DNA of 64,000 nucleotides from Candidatus Saganbacteria bacterium (GTDB taxonomy: Bacteria; Margulisbacteria; WOR-1; XYC2-FULL-46-14; WPAF01): the NCBI GenBank assembly GCA_016223205.1, contig JACRPM010000010.1, positions 26,441-90,440 on the forward strand, given 5' to 3'. This document shows, piece by piece, positions 46,601 to 52,499 of the stretch; the stretch's first letter is position 1, and each line of letters begins with the position of its first letter. Position numbers and translations under genes: made by a program. A model generated the notes under the pieces. It was not told the origin of the DNA, searched no databases, and worked only from the letters and a program-made list of their open reading frames with translations.

Positions 46601-46899
46601 TCCGCTCCGGTGCCCAGGGAAAAGCCGTCAGAATCAAGCGAAGTTACCAGTCCCGAAGCATTGGCGGCGGCATTCTCAAAATAAGCGGTGGAATCGCCCG
46701 TCATGGAGGAAGAGCGCCACACCGCGCGCCCGGTAGCAGTGTCGGCCTTGATGATCACCAGGTCGGGCTGGAATCCCACCCCCGTGATCGAGCGCGAAAC
46801 GCCCGAACCCACATAATATCCGGTTTGCATTTGGAAGGCGAGGGCACAACTGCCTAATAGTAAGAGAAAAATCGCGGCCCAAAAAGCTGTCTTCTTCAT
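43642..46899 (-). CDS. Secreted 1085-aa protein with 7 tandem ~95-aa repeats, Big-like Ig domains and T9SS-type C-terminal sorting domain
   Basis: Signal peptide MKKTAFWAAIFLLLLGSCALA. Repeat consensus GSYTGNG..NR.I.GVGFQPDLV.IK....G.V.R.S.M.GD...F...A...D.I..L...GFQVG.NA.VN....Y...AF. C-terminal AYAYPNPFKPNSG..TITF..L...CTIKIFTVSGD.V.T.......G.N.W.W......G..V.SGLYFYAIKSA.DQ..GKLVIIR, which matches the Por_Secre_tail pattern. Confidence 0.75.
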   Translation of the reverse strand: MKKTAFWAAIFLLLLGSCALAFQMQTGYYVGSGVSRSITGVGFQPDLVIIKADTATGRAVWRSSSMTGDSTAYFENAAANASGLVTSLDSDGFSLGTGADVNSVSNTRYVWIAFRSSTGVNLKIGSYTGNGSDDRNITGVGFQPNLVWTKRDGAYLGVWYTSSMGADNSHYFSATAPAADRIQALQADGFQVGANAEVNSTGATYYYVAFKTSESMSVESYTGDGTDNRSISKTAFKPDFVFVKQSAAASAAVLRSNQNYGDESQIFTATANAVDHIQTLEAAGFQVGTNARVNAAASTYYFAAFRGVTSTAPTNTFTMSSGSYLGNGTSMSITSVGFRPDLVIVKSDTAAGYGVFATSKMTPDSTAYLANAAANFSDGITSLTGTGFNIGANAAVNTVGITYRWTAFGNSGSTNFVVGSYTGTSTGVGVGDNRSIPALDFTPDIVAIKRDGASLGVFRTASIAGDNTAYFSVTADTADVIQALETTGFQVGTNAQANTAANLYHYFAFKATTDQFKESTYVGNATDNRNITGVGFIPGLLLIKRPEGTANTNAVFRNSSLSGDNAQYFTNTANASDLIQALQSDGFQIGSGAAAGLATNANGITYRYAAWASAPASKVAYSVQPSTTEAGVTMSPSVSVEVQDQYGNLLASDNTTSVSLAIGTNPGSGTLSGTTSKTVSSGVASFSNLSINNAGNGYTLVASATGLTSATSNTFNITAEATPTITSVSPADLAVGVATSETVRVTFSETMNQSSVENALRLKAIRDKDGNTLNTQIDGTYSWSGTTVTFTPTSNLTKNYTYQATVSTEAADLVGDHLATTFSASFETILDHTASLTVIADDGKTKVVIPANAYNQDFYVRISTNPESDPIVVTPANITAATTKIAGEGNTFRHPISGDVREFVVYNTSGTRITDQLQSDATIYLPYRDDNNDGYVDNVTPPARVSALLNYRLNETSQLWVRVPGCVVDTSTKLVSAPVKSFSTFTAMATPANDLSIAYAYPNPFKPNSGLGHTTITFTNLASQCTIKIFTVSGDAVKTINESDGDGQNAWDVKNDAGENVVSGLYFYAIKSATDQKLGKLVIIR

Positions 46900-46908
46900 T
46901 CAAGGGGT

Positions 46909-46938
46909 ATTATATAGAATAGATATAATGTAAGTCAA
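46909..46938 (-). promoter_or_regulatory. Consensus sigma70 promoter TTGACT-N18-TATAAT (minus strand) giving a near-leaderless transcript for the CTD-cargo operon
   Basis: + strand AGTCAA at 46933-38 and ATTATA at 46909-14. The ATG at 46899-97 lies about 10 nt downstream of the -10 element. Confidence 0.45.
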
Positions 46939-46955
46939 CAACCAACAGGTTCCTC

Positions 46956-47137
46956 AGCAAACAGTGTGCTAAGACGGAACCTGCGACTAAACGTCGCGGT
47001 TCCTTAAATCTATTGATTTTAATCAGGAAACCGCGAAGTTCATTCGCGGGTTTCCTGATTTCTCATGTCATTTTTTCTGTTAACCACTGCAAGGAAAAAT
47101 AATTAATTATCGTTTACTATTTGGCACACTGTTTGCT
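46956..47137. repeat. Structured intergenic element: 14-nt long-range inverted repeat AGCAAACAGTGTGC/GCACACTGTTTGCT enclosing two GC-clamped hairpins (46976-47003 and 47024-47057)
   Basis: Hairpins GGAACCTGCGAC-TAAAC-GTCGCGGTTCC and CAGGAAACCGCGAA-GTTCA-TTCGCGGGTTTCCTG. Lies downstream of the OmpM-like gene and upstream of the cargo-operon promoter. Probably a terminator/insulator or a MITE-like element. Confidence 0.4.
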
Positions 47138-47182
47138 ATAGAGCCCAACCAACATGTATCGGCCAATCGGCTTTCCTCTTAG

Positions 47183-48538
47183 TTAGAAAACTATTCCGAT
47201 TTTAGCGCCGAAAAGTCCGGAAGATTTCGGCACACTAATGGCTAGGGCTGAATCTTTGGAACTCACTCCCGAGGGAACCTGGTAATTGCGATAGAAACCG
47301 TAGCCGCTGATATTATCGGTTAGGTCGTAGGATAACCCGAATTCGGAGGTCAAAGTGGTGCCGGGATATGCTTCGCCAAAGGTCAGGTCGCCATTGGCTA
47401 CCACGTCGGATCTGATCTGCGTGCGAATGCGGGGGAACAATAGCTGGGTCAAGATAAAACCGGCGTCGACCGTGCCGTCCAAAACATATTTATCGAACTG
47501 ATTCAACTCCAACAGCTTAAAGCGGGCGTAAGCGGGGCGATAAGCGCTCCCCACTTTATGGATGGTTATGGCCAGATCGGTGTCCGGCAGGTCTATTTTA
47601 AATTTACCTCGAACATACTGGCTGTGATAGCTGGATAAATTACCGACACCAAAGAGGAGCTCGGCCGAGACCTCTTTTGAATGATCATAACCGGCCGCGA
47701 TCTCGCCCCGGGCGTCATGCTCGTTGATAAACCCCAGCAAGCTGGGACGAGCAGAAAACCTAAACTTACCCAAGCGATAAGAGACCGAAAGGGAAGTTTC
47801 GGATAGGGTGGCTTCTCCGGATAAAGTATTGGCCAACACCGTGTAAGCCAGATCAAGGTCCAGGTTGTTCCATCTGGTCGAGGTCGAAAGGCGCGGGTAT
47901 TTCATACGGAAAACGGTCCCGTCATCGGAATATGAGATCGGATCGCGGTGCAGGATATCTCCCGCGCCAAACGAGACCGACAATCCTCGCGTCCGCCCCT
48001 CAAAATCGATCTGCGCCGGGTCGGTGTACAGGGTGTCCAGGTTGATCTTTAAAGTATCGGTGTAATTGAATTCCTTAAGCAGAGAAACCTTCAGCCGATG
48101 GTCGATGAGCGGGCCGTGAAATGCCCGGTCTTCATACTGCGCTCTGATGCGGTCGGTGTAATTTCCCGATAATTTGAACCCCTCCGGATGGTCCAGCTGA
48201 TATTTTGCCGTGTTCAGCTCGGTCTTAAGCTCCGCCAGGATTTTTTCCGTCCGTGCTTTTTCCGTGGATTTTTCAGACAATTTGGAGAGCAGGGCGGCAG
48301 TCTCATAGCGGGTAAGATTTTTGTCGCCCCGGAAGGTGCCGTCGGGGTAGCCGGAAGTCACTCCCTGTTTTACCAGATCGTAAACCGCCGGAGCGGCCCA
48401 ATGGTCGGCCGGAACGTCCCCAAACTTTATGTCCGCATTGGCGGCGCTACAGATACTTGATAATATCAGCAGCGATATCAAAAGCCGCATGCGGTTTTCT
48501 GGCCCTTTCAATGTTCTTCTGGATCTTTTTATATTCAT
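47183..48538 (-). CDS. OmpM/Slp-like outer-membrane protein: N-terminal SLH domain, coiled-coil, C-terminal beta-barrel
   Basis: SLH FGDVPADHWAAPAVYDLVKQGVTSGYPDGTFRGDKNLTRYETAALLSKL. Heptad region. C-terminal barrel ending ...FGAKIGIVF. Likely true start MRLLISLLILSSICSAANA at about 48490. Confidence 0.65.
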   Translation of the reverse strand: MNIKRSRRTLKGPENRMRLLISLLILSSICSAANADIKFGDVPADHWAAPAVYDLVKQGVTSGYPDGTFRGDKNLTRYETAALLSKLSEKSTEKARTEKILAELKTELNTAKYQLDHPEGFKLSGNYTDRIRAQYEDRAFHGPLIDHRLKVSLLKEFNYTDTLKINLDTLYTDPAQIDFEGRTRGLSVSFGAGDILHRDPISYSDDGTVFRMKYPRLSTSTRWNNLDLDLAYTVLANTLSGEATLSETSLSVSYRLGKFRFSARPSLLGFINEHDARGEIAAGYDHSKEVSAELLFGVGNLSSYHSQYVRGKFKIDLPDTDLAITIHKVGSAYRPAYARFKLLELNQFDKYVLDGTVDAGFILTQLLFPRIRTQIRSDVVANGDLTFGEAYPGTTLTSEFGLSYDLTDNISGYGFYRNYQVPSGVSSKDSALAISVPKSSGLFGAKIGIVF

Positions 48539-49544
48539 TGGGATCTTGCAGGTCCCGGATTATCTCCACCACTTTTTCGGGGTCCTGGGTGACCTGGCCG
48601 ACCTTTGCCGCCTCCACAAAACGCACATTGCCCTCCTCCTGGCCGGGCAGCCAGGAGGTGATGATGATGGGCAGGTTCATGGCCAGGGCTTCGGCGATCG
48701 ATCCCGGCCCGGCCTTGGTGATGATGAGATCCGATTGGGACATGATCTGCGGCACCTGGTCGGTAAAACCGTAGACCTTGAGGGGGAAGCCGAAATTCGG
48801 GGCTTCGGCCTTTAGCTTTTCTTCCAGTTTTTGGTTTCTTCCGCAGATCACGATCAGCTGGACTTTTAGTTTGGCCAGGTCGATGGCCTGGATTATCTCA
48901 TACATGCCGCCCGCGCCTTCGCCTCCGCCCATCAAGAGCACCGTGAACTTATGCGGGGTCTTCTTTTTTTGCGGGCCTTTGGCAAAGCGGGGGTCGATCG
49001 GCATGCCTTCCACTTTTATCTTTTTTACCGGCATACCGTACTTAACAGCCAGCTTTTTGGCTTCTTCCGTAGCTACCAGGCAAAGGTCGACCTTGGGGGT
49101 GATCCAGGCCCGGTGCAGGGTCACCGGGTCCATCACCACCACGATAAAGGGGATCTTAAGGCCGCTGTCGGCAATAGCCTGCGCGGTCAAATGGTTCACC
49201 AGGGGATGGACCGAAACGATCGCATCGGGCTTGGTCTTTTTTATTAACTTGGTCAGGTCTTTGAGGATAAAGGGTCGGGAGATCGCCTCCAGCTGTTCTA
49301 ATTTCTTTTCGTCATCCAGAAAGTAATAAAGCATTCCCCACATCCGGGGAGAGAATTTTATCACCGGCGCGTAAAGCCGGGCGAAGATGTTCAAGAACCC
49401 GCTGCACTCGGCAAAGACATCCACCATTTCCTGCTCGAATTTACCGGGCTTGAGACCTTCGACCGCATTCATCAGGGCCTTGGCCCCGGAGCGGTGCCCC
49501 CCGCCGGTATCCGAGAACAGGTAGAGGATCTTCTTTTTCATCAA
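48447..49544 (-). CDS. GT28-family diacylglycerol glycosyltransferase (MGDG synthase / UgtP-like)
   Basis: N-terminal LYLFSDTGGGHRSGAKAL, characteristic of MGDG/processive DAG glucosyltransferases. 365 aa. Confidence 0.7.
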   Translation of the reverse strand: MMKKKILYLFSDTGGGHRSGAKALMNAVEGLKPGKFEQEMVDVFAECSGFLNIFARLYAPVIKFSPRMWGMLYYFLDDEKKLEQLEAISRPFILKDLTKLIKKTKPDAIVSVHPLVNHLTAQAIADSGLKIPFIVVVMDPVTLHRAWITPKVDLCLVATEEAKKLAVKYGMPVKKIKVEGMPIDPRFAKGPQKKKTPHKFTVLLMGGGEGAGGMYEIIQAIDLAKLKVQLIVICGRNQKLEEKLKAEAPNFGFPLKVYGFTDQVPQIMSQSDLIITKAGPGSIAEALAMNLPIIITSWLPGQEEGNVRFVEAAKVGQVTQDPEKVVEIIRDLQDPNEYKKIQKNIERARKPHAAFDIAADIIKYL

Positions 49545-50455
49545 GTGGTGGCCTTAACGGTGAGCTCGAGGCCCCGGGCCATGTCGACGGTCGGCTGCCA
49601 GCCGAGTTCCTTCTTGATCTTTTCGGCGTTCAGGACACTGCGGAAGAGTTCCCCGGCGCGGGGTGGGGCATAGACCACGGACCCCTTGAATTTCATGATC
49701 TTTTTTAAGTGGTCGAACAATTCGTTGACCGAAGTGCCGATGCCGGTGCCTACATTATATATGCCGTTGTCACCCTTGGTTAAAGCGGTTAGGTTGGCCT
49801 GGCATACGTCCTTAACATAAACATAATCGCGCAATTGCTTGCCATCGCCGAAGATGGTGGGATTTTCTCCCTTGGCTAGCTTTCCAATAAAAATAGCGAT
49901 CACTCCGGCCTCGCCCAGGGGATCCTGCCGCGGGCCGTAGACGTTGCCGTAGCGCAGGACGGTGAACTTTATCCCGTAGGTGACATGATAGAAATACAGG
50001 TACATCTCGGTTGCTTTCTTGGTGACGGCATAGGGGGAAATGGGCTCGAGTTTATGGTCCTCATCGGCGCCTTCCTTTTCGGGGATCTCGCCGTAAAGCG
50101 CGCCGCCGGTCGAAGAAAATACTATCTTTTTAACTTTAGCTTTTACCGCGGCGTCCAAGAGATTTATCGCGCCCAAAACGTTCACCTCTTCGGTAAAAGC
50201 CGGGTCCGCCACGGATTTCCTTACATCTATCTGGGCGGCCAGGTGATTTATGATCTCGGGCTTAAAATCCAACAGGATATCGGCGACCTTTTTATCCCGG
50301 ATATCGATCTGATAGAACTTCGCTATGGGGTTGAGATTTTCTTTTTTCCCGGTTATAAGATTGTCGAGGATGGCGACCTCATGTCCCGCCTCGATATAAG
50401 CATCCACGATGTTACTGCCGATGAATCCCGCGCCGCCGGTCACTAGAATTTTCAA
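49541..50455 (-). CDS. NAD-dependent sugar epimerase/dehydratase (GalE/WcaG-like SDR)
   Basis: MKILVTGGAGFIGSN Rossmann motif. YxxxK catalytic context (YAVTKKATE). 304 aa. A 4-nt overlap with the MGDG synthase gene. Confidence 0.85.
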   Translation of the reverse strand: MKILVTGGAGFIGSNIVDAYIEAGHEVAILDNLITGKKENLNPIAKFYQIDIRDKKVADILLDFKPEIINHLAAQIDVRKSVADPAFTEEVNVLGAINLLDAAVKAKVKKIVFSSTGGALYGEIPEKEGADEDHKLEPISPYAVTKKATEMYLYFYHVTYGIKFTVLRYGNVYGPRQDPLGEAGVIAIFIGKLAKGENPTIFGDGKQLRDYVYVKDVCQANLTALTKGDNGIYNVGTGIGTSVNELFDHLKKIMKFKGSVVYAPPRAGELFRSVLNAEKIKKELGWQPTVDMARGLELTVKATT

Positions 50456-50485
50456 GGTTTACTCCTATTGGGGGGATTATAGCAT

Positions 50486-50639
50486 GGTAAATAGGGGAGA
50501 GGGAATGGGGAAGGGGAGAGCACGGAACTTAGAACATAGGGTAAGATCCCTGTGCTCTGTGTTCAGTGCCTGCCTGCCGGCAGGCAGGTTCCGTGCTCCG
50601 TGTTCATTTTTCCCTCACTCTTCACGATTTACTATTTCC
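50486..50639. repeat. Element A: ~150-nt imperfect palindromic repeat with GAACTTAGAACA submotifs and an internal perfect 20-nt palindrome CCTGCCTGCCGGCAGGCAGG (50569-50588)
   Basis: Left end GGTAAATAGGGGAGAGGGAATGGGGAAGG. Right end TTCCGTGCTCCGTGTTCA...CACGATTTACTATTTCC. 11-nt inverted repeat GAGCACGGAAC/GTTCCGTGCTC. Homologous to element C (52341-52499) and partially to element B (51081-51144). Confidence 0.6.
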
Positions 50640-50729
50640 AGTTTTTCTTATTATTGAGCCAAATACTAATTTTGCAGAAGATTGGCATACTAATTGCTAG
50701 GGTGGTGGTTAGGAAGGGAGGTGAAAGAA

Positions 50730-51080
50730 ATGTTCATATTTGAGAATTTGGAGGCCTACAAAAAGGCGGTTGCCCTTGCCAAGAAAATATTCTCCGCAAA
50801 TCGAAGGATTAAGGACCGAACCATCAAGGATCAACTTTGCCGCGCAGTCCTTTCTGTCCCGCTAAACATTGCGGAGGGGCAAGGGCGATACCACCAAAAA
50901 GAAAAGCGGCAATTTTACTGCACGGCAAAGGGTTCACTATACGAAAGTCTGCCGCTGGTGCAACTGTGTTTCGAGCTACAGTATTTCGATATGGCACAAT
51001 ACGAAGAAATATATGGTCTGATGAATGAGATAGGGCGAGTTTTGTCGGGGCTTATAAGATCAGTGAAGGGGGAGGAGTGA
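50730..51080 (+). CDS. Four-helix-bundle protein (23S rRNA intervening-sequence protein family, TIGR02436; Avd-like)
   Basis: MFIFENLEAYKKAVALAKKIF...LCRAVLSVPLNIAEGQGRYHQKEKRQFYCTAKGSLYESLPLVQLCFELQYF matches the 4HB / IVS-protein pattern. GGAGGTG ribosome-binding site 7 nt upstream. Track ORF starts at 50694. Confidence 0.75.
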   Translation: MFIFENLEAYKKAVALAKKIFSANRRIKDRTIKDQLCRAVLSVPLNIAEGQGRYHQKEKRQFYCTAKGSLYESLPLVQLCFELQYFDMAQYEEIYGLMNEIGRVLSGLIRSVKGEE

Positions 51081-51144
51081 ATAGCGAAGGTTAGAACACA
51101 GAACTTAGAACACGGAACTTGGAGCATAGGGCGGAATCGCTATT
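51081..51144. repeat. Element B: short hairpin repeat with tandem AGAACAC(A/G)GAACTT units, between the convergent 4HB and FHA genes
   Basis: AATAGCGAAGG...GAATCGCTATT stem enclosing TTAGAACACAGAACTTAGAACACGGAACTTGGAGCATAGGG. Probable bidirectional terminator. Shares submotifs with elements A and C. Confidence 0.5.
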
Positions 51145-52248
51145 TTAATCTTCTTTAGGTGTGGCCTCGGGCAAAGCCGGCGCGCTCATGGCCTCAATTA
51201 ATTGATTTCTGACCGCCTGTGCTTTTAAACTATCAGCCTTCTCCAAAAGCCCCAGAAAACGATCTCTTTCCGCGGGATTTCTGACTGCTAATAATCTGGC
51301 AATTTCTCGCACATCAAATTGAAATAATATATGGCAAATACTATCATCTAATTTTCTGTGAGCCGCTTTGTTTGAAGATCGGTAGCTTGCCAATGAGCCA
51401 GCGGCACCGCCAATAAAACCACCAATACAAACTAAAGTCGAAATGGGAAAAAGTAAGCCCATTATTCCCCAGCCTACTCCAGAACCTAATAGAGTTTGAA
51501 TAAACGTATTTCTCCAGTCGCGCCGGATTTTATCTTTTCTTTCTAGATAAATAGTGAGAAGTTCATCTGTCGTTCTTGCTTCCGCAAAATCAGTCCCTTC
51601 GATCAGAGATGGATCGATTCGCTTGGTAACTGTCAACCCTTGTTCGGCAATAAAGGTTTGAACTATCGCCAATTGTTCCTGTCGAGCTTGAGCTACTTCC
51701 GGCGTGACCTCTTCAATGGGCGGACGGGTGGCTAAAAGCAGACGGACATCTTCACCGATTTCTTTGGCGGTTTCTAATTGTATCTCCAGATATCTGCCGT
51801 TTTTACCAGGAATAGCACCGCTTAAGTGCAGAACCAACCGTGCGCCCTCGGGTATTAAGCTGCCTTCGAGATTCTTGTCGGTTGGAACAGTTATGGGCCG
51901 GCCGTTCGGCTTAAGGAGGGTAATCGGCTTGTCGGAATAATTTAGGATGCGGAAACTTTTACCCTGCTGATGAATGATCTGCGCATGGTTTAAGTCAATC
52001 TGCGGATCATTGATCCGGATTTCACAGCTTCGATCGCGACCTATGGAGATCGAACCGCCTACGGGAAGATAAATCTTCTGGCCGCCGATATGCAGGGTGG
52101 CTGCGATATTCGCGTTCATCTGGGGATTTAAAAACTGGTTCCGAACCCTTACCCGCACCTCCCCGCCGCCCCTGGCCTCCGCGTTGAATCCAATGTACCT
52201 TTCTCTGACCGCTGTTCTGACCGCTCTAACCGCTCTAACTATTCCCAT
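51145..52248 (-). CDS. FHA-domain protein with C-terminal glycine-zipper transmembrane region
   Basis: FHA core SISIGRDRSCEIRINDPQIDLNHAQIIHQQGKSFRILNYSD...NGRPI. C-terminal LLGSGVGWGIMGLLFPISTLVCIGGFIGGAAGSLASY. Real start is probably MNANIAATL (52119). The 5' extension is a 9-mer tandem repeat (GTTAGAGCG)x2. Confidence 0.55.
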   Translation of the reverse strand: MGIVRAVRAVRTAVRERYIGFNAEARGGGEVRVRVRNQFLNPQMNANIAATLHIGGQKIYLPVGGSISIGRDRSCEIRINDPQIDLNHAQIIHQQGKSFRILNYSDKPITLLKPNGRPITVPTDKNLEGSLIPEGARLVLHLSGAIPGKNGRYLEIQLETAKEIGEDVRLLLATRPPIEEVTPEVAQARQEQLAIVQTFIAEQGLTVTKRIDPSLIEGTDFAEARTTDELLTIYLERKDKIRRDWRNTFIQTLLGSGVGWGIMGLLFPISTLVCIGGFIGGAAGSLASYRSSNKAAHRKLDDSICHILFQFDVREIARLLAVRNPAERDRFLGLLEKADSLKAQAVRNQLIEAMSAPALPEATPKED

Positions 52249-52340
52249 TGATGTCCCTCCTAGAGGATCTGCTTTCCTATGTATATATCGTTAAAAACGA
52301 GGCCGGATTTCACTTATTAAGGGATATTTTTAGAATTGAT

Positions 52341-52499
52341 TAAATAGGGAGGAGTAAATTGGGAAGGTTAGAACACAGAACTTAGAGCACCGAACTTAGA
52401 ACACAGGGCGGAATCCCTCCCTGTGCTCCGTGCTCCGTGTTCTGTGTTCCGTGCTCCATGTTCTTTCCGTCCCTCTCCACTATTCCCTATTTACTATCC
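52341..52499. repeat. Element C: ~160-nt imperfect palindromic repeat (long hairpin) with tandem GAACTTAGAACAC units
   Basis: Left arm GGAAGGTTAGAACACAGAACTTAGAGCACCGAACTTAGAACACAGGG. Right arm CCCTGTGCTCCGTGCTCCGTGTTCTGTGTTCCGTGCTCCATGTTCTTTCC. Termini TAAATAGGGAGGAG / CCCTCTCCACTATTCCCTATTTACTATCC are homologous to the element A termini. Confidence 0.6.

Noticed and set aside
50486-52499. Diversity-generating retroelement around the Avd-like four-helix-bundle gene
   Set aside because: No reverse transcriptase ORF in the window and no template/variable repeat pair. Retained only as a low-probability note in the findings.
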